Source of the DNA: Candidatus Cloacimonadales bacterium
Lineage (GTDB): Bacteria > Cloacimonadota > Cloacimonadia > Cloacimonadales > JAIOQZ01
Reading direction: 5' to 3'
NCBI GenBank assembly: GCA_963665815.1
Contig: OY762463.1
Coordinates: 3,712,001-3,776,000, forward strand
DNA: 64,000 bases
A program made the translations under genes and the position numbers. Of the stretch, positions 22,111-31,798 are shown in pieces. Under the pieces are notes generated by a model that ran no database searches, was not told the origin of the DNA, and saw only the letters and a program-made list of their open reading frames with translations. Each line of letters starts with the position of its first letter. Position 1 is the first letter of the stretch.

Positions 22111-22142
22111 AAGAGGAATCGGTTTAAACTGATTCCTCTTTT
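22111..22142. terminator. Terminator between uvrA and the convergent gene
   Basis: AAGAGGAATC/GATTCCTCTT perfect 10-bp stem. Confidence 0.8.
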
Positions 22143-22151
22143 CTATATAAA

Positions 22152-22601
22152 CTATTTTATGCTCTCGAGATCTCCAAGGAGATAGTTTTTATCGTCTTCC
22201 TTTTCAATTTTTTCAGCATGTTTTTTTGCCAGTTTAACAAATTCCTGAGCTTTCTCCATATTTCCTGCAATGTAATAGGCTCTGGCTACAGCTTCGTAAG
22301 CAAAGGCTGTATCGAATGCCCCCAGATTATGTTCCGTGCAGTATCTAAGGCTCTTGTTAGCGTGAAATAAGGAAGGTTCCGGTTTATTGGCAGAGGAGTA
22401 TACTCTGGAAATTTGCCATTCACCGCGTGCCCATTGCAAAGGTTCGCCAATCTGTCCCCAGTGCCATCTGGAGGCATGAGCCAGATGAATCATCTGCAAA
22501 TCATCGTCTGCTGTTCTTTCCGTCATATCGAGATATTCCCAGGTTTTATTAAAACATGTAGCTGCAAAATGCTGATGTACTTTCTTTAAATTTTCATCCA
22601 T
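22152..22601 (-). CDS. Conserved hypothetical helical-repeat protein
   Basis: FNKTWEYLD, AHASRWHW, RGEWQISRVY, AYEAVARA; SD AGGAG. Confidence 0.75.
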   Translation of the reverse strand: MDENLKKVHQHFAATCFNKTWEYLDMTERTADDDLQMIHLAHASRWHWGQIGEPLQWARGEWQISRVYSSANKPEPSLFHANKSLRYCTEHNLGAFDTAFAYEAVARAYYIAGNMEKAQEFVKLAKKHAEKIEKEDDKNYLLGDLESIK

Positions 22602-22773
22602 GGTTTAACTCCTTTTTTTTGCGTTTATTATAAACTGAGTGTGTATTTTGACAAGATAAAAAGTTCATATGATAAATAAAAAATAAACATTAATTCATAA
22701 AAAAACTTGACACTCTGAGTTGCATGGTGCATATAAAAGTTCATACATTGCTTGTAGGGACAAGGAGTGAGAA

Positions 22774-23004
22774 ATGAAAAGTAAATTAGTGTTTTGTTTA
22801 ATGCTTTTAAGCGTTATTCAATTGTTTTCTTATAATGTACAATTTAATCAAACTAACTTCGAAATCAATATAAATGACAACAACTACAATGTAATAGAAA
22901 ACTCAGACTTAGAAGATAATGAATTTAGGTTCAGGAATATATTATATAATCTTATTGCAAACGGCAAAACAATAAAAACCAACAAATGTCTATTACTAAA
23001 ATAG
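22774..23004 (+). CDS. Small secreted hypothetical protein
   Basis: SD AAGGAG, signal peptide; C-terminus KTIKTNKCLLLK resembles the tail of the next gene. Confidence 0.5.
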   Translation: MKSKLVFCLMLLSVIQLFSYNVQFNQTNFEININDNNYNVIENSDLEDNEFRFRNILYNLIANGKTIKTNKCLLLK

Positions 23005-23013
23005 TGAGGAATT

Positions 23014-24588
23014 ATGCTTAGATACACATTTCTAATTTTTTTAGCATGCCTATGTTTTTTATGTTATGCAGAAAATACAATTAACGTTTTGACTTCTATT
23101 ACAACAGATGACCTTTATGGTCTTTTTAACGTCACTCATGGAGACATAAATGGAGACTCAACTCCCGATCTTATAATACTAAGAGGTAGGCAGACATATT
23201 TTGGTTTAGCTCCTATTATTAGTGTTTATCTCGGAGGGGATAATTTTGACTTTACTCCTGTTTTTTCATTTGATACAAGTACGACCTATAACAGTATTAG
23301 TTTAAGTGGAGATATTAACGGAGATGGAGCAAATGATCTGGTTGTTGCCGATAGTGACTTTCCAATAAATGGTATTATGAATGGTAGAGTTCAGGTATAT
23401 TTCGGTGGAGCTGCAATGGATACAATACCTGATTTGACTCTGAACGGTAACGATTATTCAAGTCTTATTGGAGAAAATGAGTTCGGATATGATTTATCTT
23501 TTGAAGATATTAATGTAGATGGCTATGATGACTTAATAGTTTATTCAGGAATGGCAGGAGATAGTTATTCAGGTCAGATTTCCGTTTTTCTGGGTTCGGA
23601 TAATCCTGACACAATTTGTGACTGGAGCAAACAGGGAAATATTAACTCCAAATATGGTCGGGTTAGAGCAATAGGAGACTTAACCGGAGACGGATATCCT
23701 GAAATAATACTGTCACGTTATATACAAACTCAGAATAGTACAGGATTTCATTTTAATCCGGTATATGATGTTTACAGAGGTGGGGTCAATATAGCCAGTA
23801 TTCCTGACACGACAATAGTTTCTCCATATGCTGATCAGTTTCTTACAAATTGTATTTCTGTAGACAAAGATTTAAATAATGATGGTAAAATGGATATTCT
23901 TATTACAAGAGGGAATGAAGATTCTTTGTTCTGTATTTATGGCTCAGATAACCTGAATATGGATTTTACTTTTTTCCAACACCTGAACAATGATGGATCT
24001 GATTTAACATCAATAACATTTGAGGATATTGATTCTAATGGTATTGATGATATTGTTTTTTGCAGAGAATCAGCACCTTATAATGAATATTATACTATAC
24101 ATTGCAATATGGACTGGACGAGTAATCCTGATTTGATATTACCACCGTCATCATTTAATGGCTCTTATGTTTACTATGGTAACTTAGGAGATATAAATAA
24201 TGATGGTTTAAATGATCTGGCAGAAGCAAGAAGAGAAGTTGATGAGAATCTTGAACTCAGGCTGCTGAATTTTATAAGAGAGACACCAATCGATAATGAT
24301 GTCAACCCGTATACAGAACTTGAGTTAAGTAATTACCCTAATCCATTCAATCCTGTTACAACCATAGAATACAGTCTCCCGGAAGAAAGTAATATTTGTA
24401 TTGAAGTATTTAACATAAAAGGACAAAAAGTAAAACAATTAGTTAATGCATACAAAGAAAGCGGACATCACACCATAAAATGGAATGGAACAGACGAAAA
24501 CAATAAGCCGGTTGGTTCCGGAGTATATTTCTATAAGGTCAAAACAGAAAAGTCATCGTTAATAAACAAAATGATAATGTTGAAATAA
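23014..24588 (+). CDS. FG-GAP-repeat secreted protein with FlgD-Ig/Por-type C-terminal domain
   Basis: Repeated GDINGDG..DL motifs; tail NYPNPFNPVTTIEY...WNGTDENNKPVGSGVYFYK...KMIMLK. Confidence 0.9.
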   Translation: MLRYTFLIFLACLCFLCYAENTINVLTSITTDDLYGLFNVTHGDINGDSTPDLIILRGRQTYFGLAPIISVYLGGDNFDFTPVFSFDTSTTYNSISLSGDINGDGANDLVVADSDFPINGIMNGRVQVYFGGAAMDTIPDLTLNGNDYSSLIGENEFGYDLSFEDINVDGYDDLIVYSGMAGDSYSGQISVFLGSDNPDTICDWSKQGNINSKYGRVRAIGDLTGDGYPEIILSRYIQTQNSTGFHFNPVYDVYRGGVNIASIPDTTIVSPYADQFLTNCISVDKDLNNDGKMDILITRGNEDSLFCIYGSDNLNMDFTFFQHLNNDGSDLTSITFEDIDSNGIDDIVFCRESAPYNEYYTIHCNMDWTSNPDLILPPSSFNGSYVYYGNLGDINNDGLNDLAEARREVDENLELRLLNFIRETPIDNDVNPYTELELSNYPNPFNPVTTIEYSLPEESNICIEVFNIKGQKVKQLVNAYKESGHHTIKWNGTDENNKPVGSGVYFYKVKTEKSSLINKMIMLK

Positions 24589-24743
24589 ATTCCTTATAAA
24601 CCACGAAAGACACGTAAAAACAGGAAAAATAATATTGTAATAAATGAACTCATAAGGTTATCGAAATTCGGTAGCCTTTCTTTATTATATAACAATCTTC
24701 ATTTTAAATTTGACTTTTTCAAAATCATTATCACTTTTTAAAC

Positions 24744-26678
24744 ATGAAACTAAACAAGCTAATCTATATCATAACAGCTTTACTGCTGAGCACGCATATT
24801 TACGCAGCCATGCCGAATATAGTTATTTTCGATGTTGTGTCAGATAAGATTGATGACAACACAAGCCAGCTTCTTTTTGAAGATATCACAAAGACAATTT
24901 CTGAGACAAAAAAATTCAGTATTATCGACAGGAAAAATCTTGATGCTATACTCAGGGAGCAGCAGCTTTCTCTCGAAGATTTCACTGAACAGACGAATAT
25001 TTTCAGACTTGGTCAGCTCCTTAATGCAGATTATATACTATTTCCAACAATATACATCAAAGAAAACACGGCATATATTTATCTTAAATTGACTGTTGTA
25101 ACAACCGGTGAGACTCTGTATCCTCAGTCTGTCACAAGTCTGCCCGACTACAAATCGCTGCTTAAGAATATCAGAACTGCTGTTTACCGGCTTGCAGATA
25201 ACTTTGATATTAAAGGAGTGATAGTAAGAGATAAGAATCCTGAGTTTATTGTCAATCTGGGGATGAAGCATGGAATTCTGAATAATAACATTTTATATGT
25301 ATACCGAAAAGGTGAAAAAGTATTTGATCCACGAACATTGAGAATTATTGGTTATGACAGCAGGAAAATAGGGGAGATGATTGTTGTTGAAGTTATCTCC
25401 GGAGATCTTGCCCGGGCAAAATTGATTCAGGGAGATTTTGTCAGTGAAGGAGATGAGGTTGTACTTGTAGATAAAGAGAAGTTGAATCGGGTAAATGAAC
25501 TGAGAAAGAAGGATTCTTTTGATCTGGTAGATTATGCCGAACTTGTAATAAATACTGTACCTCCGGATGCAAAAGTATATATAAACGATAAATTCTCAGG
25601 TAGAACAAAACCCATAGAGCCATTGAATATTGAGTTAACTGAAGACCGATATATGATGCGCATAGAAAAGGATGGTTATAATACTGTAAGAAGAGTAATA
25701 GATCTTAAAAAGGGTGAAAGGTCAACGACCAATATTAATCTTGCATCTGTGCAGTCAGTGCTTTTCATTTCTTCTGAACCATCAGGTGCTCTTGTATATG
25801 TTGACGGGCAATATGAAGGTAGAACGCCGGTACGTGTAATTCGAAATGAATACAGAAAAGCAGCAGTAGTTCTTAGCAAATCAGGATATAGAAAAGCATT
25901 GGAAAAAGTGAAATTCGAACTTGGATCAGATGTTGATATTCATGTTGAAATGAAGAAGGGTGAATTCAAAGAAAATGACATTTTTGATGGAATGGCTTAT
26001 GTTCCCGGAGGACAGTTCAGAATGGGAACAGATAATGAAAAGTTCAGTCGTGATACACATCCTGAGCATCTTGTAGAACTGGAGCCTTTTTATATAGATA
26101 AATATGAGGTTATGGTCAAAGAATACAGACAGTTCTGTGAGATTACAGGTAACAGAATGCCGGAGCTTCCGGGTTGGATTCAGGAAAATCATCCGATGAT
26201 AAACGTGAGCTGGAAAGAAGCTAATGCTTATGCAAAGTGGATAGGGAAAAGGCTTCCAACAGAAGCTGAGTGGGAATATGCATATCGCGAGCTTGGAATG
26301 GATGAGTTAGAGTATTCTGCATTTGGGGACAGCAGTAAAGTCAGGAATAACTGTAATATCAAAGGTGTTTATTCCAAGGATAACTGGAGATATACAGCTC
26401 CGGTTGGTAGTTTTGCACCCAATGAACTGGGGATTTATGACATGGGAGGAAATGTGTTTGAGTGGTGCGAAGACTGGTATGACGATATCTACTATACCTA
26501 TAGTATAAAGAAGCAGCCTCAAGGACCATCAATAGGAAACAGAAAAGTAATACGTGGTGGTTGCTGGGCATTTGGCATTTATGATGTTTCAATCTATACA
26601 AGAAGTTTCAGTGCTCCCGGGAGCAGATCTTCAATACTTGGTTTTCGCTGTGTAAAAGATTGTAAATGGTCGGATTGA
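24744..26678 (+). CDS. CsgG-like + PEGA + FGE-sulfatase (SUMF1) domain protein
   Basis: IIDRKNLDAILREQ (CsgG-like), two PEGA repeats (P.DAKVYIN, PSGALVYVDG), RLPTEAEWEYA, GNVFEW, GFRC. Confidence 0.85.
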   Translation: MKLNKLIYIITALLLSTHIYAAMPNIVIFDVVSDKIDDNTSQLLFEDITKTISETKKFSIIDRKNLDAILREQQLSLEDFTEQTNIFRLGQLLNADYILFPTIYIKENTAYIYLKLTVVTTGETLYPQSVTSLPDYKSLLKNIRTAVYRLADNFDIKGVIVRDKNPEFIVNLGMKHGILNNNILYVYRKGEKVFDPRTLRIIGYDSRKIGEMIVVEVISGDLARAKLIQGDFVSEGDEVVLVDKEKLNRVNELRKKDSFDLVDYAELVINTVPPDAKVYINDKFSGRTKPIEPLNIELTEDRYMMRIEKDGYNTVRRVIDLKKGERSTTNINLASVQSVLFISSEPSGALVYVDGQYEGRTPVRVIRNEYRKAAVVLSKSGYRKALEKVKFELGSDVDIHVEMKKGEFKENDIFDGMAYVPGGQFRMGTDNEKFSRDTHPEHLVELEPFYIDKYEVMVKEYRQFCEITGNRMPELPGWIQENHPMINVSWKEANAYAKWIGKRLPTEAEWEYAYRELGMDELEYSAFGDSSKVRNNCNIKGVYSKDNWRYTAPVGSFAPNELGIYDMGGNVFEWCEDWYDDIYYTYSIKKQPQGPSIGNRKVIRGGCWAFGIYDVSIYTRSFSAPGSRSSILGFRCVKDCKWSD

Positions 26679-26782
26679 TGGATTTGATGTGAAATAATAT
26701 TTATAAGTGTAAAAATAATTTGGTAAGAAATAAAAAATGTGTAATCTATAGTAATATACTGTTAACTTAATACAAGAAACTG

Positions 26783-27664
26783 GTGGTACAAATGCCGGAA
26801 GCATTTAATCTAAACGAAAAAGTTTTAGAACTGGAGGATTTGCCAACATTACAGCCTGTAGCTTCCAGTCTGATGAAGCTTCTTTCGGACAAAACTACTG
26901 ATGCACAGCACATTGAGGAACTGATACAGACTGATCCTGCATTGACAGCCAAAATTCTTAAAGTAGTGAATTCAGCATATTATGGAATGAGAAACATAGT
27001 TGATACGGTGAAACTTGCAGTAGTAATACTTGGGTTCGATGAACTTAGAAAAATGATTTCTTCTGTAGCTTTAATGAACTTATCCAATGAATTACTTGAC
27101 AATAATGAATTCGATTTTAAATCTTTTTGGAAACATTCTGTAACGGTTGCTTTTTTTTCTGAGAAGATTTACAAAGATTTCAAGATAGAATCTCATGGAG
27201 AAGAATTTACTGCCGGATTGATGCATGATGTCGGTAAACTTGTTGCTGGAATGATTATACCTGATTATACTATTAAGGTAATTGACGCAGTAGTTAATCA
27301 CAAATTCAGTATATATGAAGCAGAATATCTCCTGTATGGAACCAGTCACATGGAGATTGGAGGATTTCTTGCAGAGAAATGGAATTTTCCAAAATCTATA
27401 GTAAACTGCATTTTTTCACATCATGGAGATTCTGAAGAAAATGTGCTTGTTTCCAATGTAAAGTTAGGAAATATGATTGCAAACTTGCTTGAAACAGGAA
27501 ATGATATTATTATAACTAAAGAAACTATTTCTGAATGCAAATGCTGGGAAGTTATTAATAATAATTCGAGATTACAGGAAGAACGTTATTTTGATGATGA
27601 ATATCTTGATGAATTCAAGCAGGAATTGCGAAAGATAAATTTGTTTCTGGAAAGTTTATTATAG
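26783..27664 (+). CDS. HDOD domain protein
   Basis: LPTLQ, DPALTAKILKVVNSAYYG, FWKHS, GLMHDVGK, WNFP. Confidence 0.92.
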   Translation: MVQMPEAFNLNEKVLELEDLPTLQPVASSLMKLLSDKTTDAQHIEELIQTDPALTAKILKVVNSAYYGMRNIVDTVKLAVVILGFDELRKMISSVALMNLSNELLDNNEFDFKSFWKHSVTVAFFSEKIYKDFKIESHGEEFTAGLMHDVGKLVAGMIIPDYTIKVIDAVVNHKFSIYEAEYLLYGTSHMEIGGFLAEKWNFPKSIVNCIFSHHGDSEENVLVSNVKLGNMIANLLETGNDIIITKETISECKCWEVINNNSRLQEERYFDDEYLDEFKQELRKINLFLESLL

Positions 27665-27688
27665 TCGGAAATATCTGATGGAGGATAC

Positions 27689-28078
27689 ATGAATATATTG
27701 AAGTTCTTGATTGTGGATGATTCGCCTACAATGCGTAGAATTGTAACAAACACGTTGAAACGACTGGGCTACAGGGATATTGAGGAAGCAGACAATGGTC
27801 AAACAGCGTTAGATAAGCTAAGAACCATACCTGGAATTAATTTTGTTGTAACTGACTGGAACATGCCGGTAATGGATGGTTTAACATTTGTGCAAACAAT
27901 GCGCAGTTCACAGGAGTTCAAGAATATTCCTATTTTGATGATCACTACCAGGAGTGTCAAAGACGATATTATTGAAGCAATGAAATCTGGTGTTAACAAC
28001 TATATTGTGAAACCATTTACACCGGATACTATGAAAGAAAAAATTGATTCAATTCTAAAAAAATTGAATTTGATATAA
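27689..28078 (+). CDS. cheY: Chemotaxis response regulator CheY
   Basis: VDDSPTMRRI, TDWNMPVMDG, YIVKPFT; precedes a CheZ-like gene. Confidence 0.9.
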   Translation: MNILKFLIVDDSPTMRRIVTNTLKRLGYRDIEEADNGQTALDKLRTIPGINFVVTDWNMPVMDGLTFVQTMRSSQEFKNIPILMITTRSVKDDIIEAMKSGVNNYIVKPFTPDTMKEKIDSILKKLNLI

Positions 28079-28088
28079 GGATGGTGCA

Positions 28089-29090
28089 ATGAGTGATCAA
28101 AAATCAACACCGAAAGGTATTCTTCCAACAATGCTCAAGATAAATGAGTATATGAACGAAGTTTATGAAGTTCTTAATCATATACTTGATAAGGAAATGA
28201 CAGAAGAACATGCAAATGTTGTCAGGGAAAAGGTAGAACAAATAAAGACAAAGCTTGAGGAAATTCCTGATACTTTAATGGAAGGGTATAATCTTATACA
28301 GTCAGTTATAAAATCCATTCACTCAAGTAGATGTGAACTCAAGAAAAGTGTAGATGGTCTGATAAAGAAGACAGGTGTACAATTACAGAAAGTAACATCA
28401 ACAACCGAGGAAGCCACCAACAAAATTCTGGACGTTGCAGAAAAGTTAGATGATGATCAAATGAAAATTATTGAACTCGTCGAGAAAATCGAAGACTCTG
28501 TTAAAAACGATGCTGGTGCAGATGCAGCTAAACAATTTAGTGAACTTAAAGAGAATATATATGCAAATCAGGATTCCGCTTTCACAATAATGGATTATCT
28601 GCAATTTCAGGATATTACTGCCCAGCAGATTGCCGGAGCATACGCGCTTCTTGCTGATACAGAAGGTACGTTGATTTACGTTTCTGACATGCTGAAGAAT
28701 TTTGACTCTGATAATGATACCGAAAAATTCGTACAAAAGACAATTGATGATAAATCTTTTAATGCTGATGCATCTTTTAACGATAAAGGTAATATACAGG
28801 ATGCAATAGATAACTTGTTTGATACCGGGGATACTAATTCCGAAATCCCTGAAGATAAGGTTGAAACACCTGAAGGGACTCAGACTCTGGAATCTATCGA
28901 GCACCATGGAGACTATAATAACGTTATTGATGATGATGAAATAAACAAATTGTTTGACACCTCACCATCAAAAAGTGATGATAAACTTGGCGATGATGAG
29001 ATTAACAGTCTGTTTGATGATAAATCAGACGATAAAAAACAGAAGAAAGAGAGTACTTCACAGAACGAAATTGACAAATTGTTCTCATAG
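28089..29090 (+). CDS. cheZ: CheZ-like phosphatase
   Basis: TEEATNKILD and LQFQDITAQQI (DxxxQ active-site motif); acidic C-terminal tail. Confidence 0.75.
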   Translation: MSDQKSTPKGILPTMLKINEYMNEVYEVLNHILDKEMTEEHANVVREKVEQIKTKLEEIPDTLMEGYNLIQSVIKSIHSSRCELKKSVDGLIKKTGVQLQKVTSTTEEATNKILDVAEKLDDDQMKIIELVEKIEDSVKNDAGADAAKQFSELKENIYANQDSAFTIMDYLQFQDITAQQIAGAYALLADTEGTLIYVSDMLKNFDSDNDTEKFVQKTIDDKSFNADASFNDKGNIQDAIDNLFDTGDTNSEIPEDKVETPEGTQTLESIEHHGDYNNVIDDDEINKLFDTSPSKSDDKLGDDEINSLFDDKSDDKKQKKESTSQNEIDKLFS

Positions 29091-29167
29091 ATTGAATTAA
29101 TTTGTTGACAATATATTGTACGTATCAAAATTAAAGTTATTGTGGTAAATTGCAGAGGAAATAATAT

Positions 29168-29533
29168 ATGACAAAAAATATATTAGTTGTCGATGATGAA
29201 GAAAACATCCGAGAGATAATCTCAGAGTTTTTACAAACGCTTGGATATAATGTCGTAGAGGCCTCCAATGGAGAAGAGGCTATTATTGCATGCTCCAAGA
29301 CTAAGTTTCATTTAATCATCAGTGATATAAGAATGCCCAAGATGAATGGGCTGAAGCTTCTCAAAGCTATAAAAACATACATGCCGGATCTTCCTGTCAT
29401 TCTGATGACAGGTTATCAGCCATCCAAAGCGCAGGAAGAAAGTCTTTCTACCAAAGCAGATGGTTATCTTCTTAAACCTTTCTCATTGAATTCACTCAGA
29501 CAATCTATTTTAAAAATATTTAAAACGTTATAA
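29168..29533 (+). CDS. Single-domain response regulator
   Basis: VVDDE, SDIRMPKMNG, LLKPF. Confidence 0.9.
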   Translation: MTKNILVVDDEENIREIISEFLQTLGYNVVEASNGEEAIIACSKTKFHLIISDIRMPKMNGLKLLKAIKTYMPDLPVILMTGYQPSKAQEESLSTKADGYLLKPFSLNSLRQSILKIFKTL

Positions 29534-29542
29534 TTAGTTGTT

Positions 29543-29806
29543 ATGAGCACCAGAATAATAAAGAATTACAAAGTTGTTGATAATGGTGTAAGTGTAACAA
29601 AACACAATAAGTGTCCAAAAATTATAAAGAAATCTGAAATCGCAGAAAAGGCGAAAGAAATCAATCCGGAAAAAGCTATAGAAAAAATGTCAAAAAAAAG
29701 TCCTGTGATTACAGAAGTAAGAGATAAGCACGGGATTATTACATCAATTAATGTTGAATGCGGGTGTGGTGAAAAATTTTCAATAGATATCAAGTATGAT
29801 GAATAG
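29543..29806 (+). CDS. Small hypothetical protein with a CxCG motif
   Basis: Tightly packed in the operon; INVECGCGEKFSI. Confidence 0.6.
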   Translation: MSTRIIKNYKVVDNGVSVTKHNKCPKIIKKSEIAEKAKEINPEKAIEKMSKKSPVITEVRDKHGIITSINVECGCGEKFSIDIKYDE

Positions 29807-29808
29807 AG

Positions 29809-30498
29809 GTGCCTGTGAAACCTAACATTATAGTTGTTGATGATGAGGCACTTATAAGGGATGTGCTTGTAGACTTCCTTTCCAGAAACGGTTACAAAAC
29901 ATTTATTGCTTCCAATGGCGAACAGGGGTTGGATATTATCCGTAAAGAAGATATTCAATTTGCTCTTGTTGATGTTAAAATGGAAGGTATGAACGGTATA
30001 GAACTGACAAAACAGATTAAGAAACACAAACCTTCTGTTAATGTTATCATTATTACCGGATATCCAAGTCTTGAAACAGCTGTTAATGCACTGAAATCAG
30101 GGGCTTCCGAGTATATAATAAAACCTTTTAAGCTTGAGGAAATAGATAAAATAATAAGAGCAAAGATGTATGAAAATGATGTTTCTTATGAGAATATGAA
30201 GCTTAAATCCCGAATCAAGGAACTCGAAAGCAGACTTGATGATCGTGCTGATTTACCAGAAAAGGCATTAGAAGAAAATAAAAATTATAATTCAGGTCTT
30301 TTTGAAGTTAAAGCCAGAACAGAAAACCAGTCTCGCAGTGATATGTCAACAGCTTCACAGAAATACAGCGATAATACTCTGAATACTCAGACATTACGGT
30401 TAAGAGAGAAGCTTAGAAAGCTTGATCAACTTCTGGCAGAAGGTATTTTAACAGAGAAGGAATATAAACAGAAGAAAAACGAATTTCTGAAAGGATAA
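29809..30498 (+). CDS. Response regulator with a C-terminal SHOCT domain
   Basis: REC domain, coiled coil, then LRKLDQLLAEGILTEKEYKQKK. Confidence 0.85.
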   Translation: MPVKPNIIVVDDEALIRDVLVDFLSRNGYKTFIASNGEQGLDIIRKEDIQFALVDVKMEGMNGIELTKQIKKHKPSVNVIIITGYPSLETAVNALKSGASEYIIKPFKLEEIDKIIRAKMYENDVSYENMKLKSRIKELESRLDDRADLPEKALEENKNYNSGLFEVKARTENQSRSDMSTASQKYSDNTLNTQTLRLREKLRKLDQLLAEGILTEKEYKQKKNEFLKG

Positions 30499-30499
30499 C

Positions 30500-31798
30500 A
30501 TGTCAAAGCAAGATATTCGTGAATTAACATCGGCATTTAAGGATTTTAACTCAATAATAGAGAAATTTGAAGCTACATATGCCATGCTTCAGATGAAAAT
30601 AGAAAATCTCTCTACTCAGCTCGAACATAAAAATAATGAACTTGAACTGAAAATTGCAGAAAGCGATACAATAAAAACTTTCCTAAATGGTATTCTTGAA
30701 AGTATACATACCGGAGTAATTGTTCTGGATAATACCGGAATTATCACAATATTCAACAAAGCTGCTGAAGATATAACTAACCTGCGTAAAGAAGATGTTG
30801 TCGGAAGTAATTACAAGGAAATTTTCCCTGAGCAGAATATAAGAAATAAAACCGCTTTGTATACTCTGACTACCAGCAAAGAAATATTCCATCAGCATAG
30901 AATTGTAGTTGTTGATGATAAAAGAAAAGATATAGAGTTCAGTACTGCAATTGTTAAGGATAAAACAGGGACTCCTCTTGGTATTGTGGAAGCAATTAAT
31001 GATGTATCCGAACTCAGAAAACTTCAATCCAGAATAAACCATATTGAAACTCTTGCTGCTCTTGGAGAAATGGCTGCGAGTGTAGCTCATGAAATAAGAA
31101 ATCCTCTGGGTGGTATTGGTGGATTTGCCGGATTGCTGAACAGACAGATTGAAGAAGGAGATTCCCGTAAAAAACTGGTAGAGCCGATAATTACCGGAGT
31201 AGATAGACTTAACAATATTGTTAATAATTTGTTGACTTTTACCCGACCACAGAAACTGAATGTACAGAAAGTAAAATTAACTGATGTTCTGGATAAAACA
31301 ATTGAATTATTCAGGATGAGTGTAAGTGATTCAGGGAAGAATATTGACATTATAGAAGATGTTTCTGAATCTGAAATACATGTATTTCTGGATGTCCATC
31401 TTTTCCAGCAGATTTTGATGAATATTCTTAAAAATGCGTATGATGCAGTTGAGGAAGGTGGAAAGGTATCAATAACACTTAATGCAAATGAACCGGAGAA
31501 GTTCAGTGATCTTCTTGAAGACGAAGAAAAAGAAGAATTGCTAAGGCTGTTCAGTACAGTCGAAATTGACATAACAGATAATGGAATCGGTATATCCGAA
31601 GAAAATATAAAGAAATTGTTTAATCCTTTTTTCACAACAAAGGAATCCGGTAATGGGCTTGGATTGGCGATTTGTCAGAAAATTGTCCAGCTGCACAGAG
31701 GAGATATCTCTGTGAAATCTCAACCAGAAGTCGGAACAACCTTTACAATAACATTACCCTTAAACGAGACTTATGAAGAAGAAAATATTAATTGTTGA
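30500..31798 (+). CDS. PAS sensor histidine kinase (FleS/FlrB-like)
   Basis: Soluble; PAS domain; AHEIRNPLGGI; DNGIG; FFTTK; GLGL. Confidence 0.9.
   Translation: MSKQDIRELTSAFKDFNSIIEKFEATYAMLQMKIENLSTQLEHKNNELELKIAESDTIKTFLNGILESIHTGVIVLDNTGIITIFNKAAEDITNLRKEDVVGSNYKEIFPEQNIRNKTALYTLTTSKEIFHQHRIVVVDDKRKDIEFSTAIVKDKTGTPLGIVEAINDVSELRKLQSRINHIETLAALGEMAASVAHEIRNPLGGIGGFAGLLNRQIEEGDSRKKLVEPIITGVDRLNNIVNNLLTFTRPQKLNVQKVKLTDVLDKTIELFRMSVSDSGKNIDIIEDVSESEIHVFLDVHLFQQILMNILKNAYDAVEEGGKVSITLNANEPEKFSDLLEDEEKEELLRLFSTVEIDITDNGIGISEENIKKLFNPFFTTKESGNGLGLAICQKIVQLHRGDISVKSQPEVGTTFTITLPLNETYEEENINC

Noticed and set aside
22990..23016. Stop-codon read-through fusing 22774 and 23014 (same frame)
   Set aside because: Two consecutive stops (TAG TGA), and the second gene has its own SD and signal peptide.
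26560..26678. DGR variable region at the end of the FGE-sulfatase domain
   Set aside because: No template repeat or reverse transcriptase is seen in the window.
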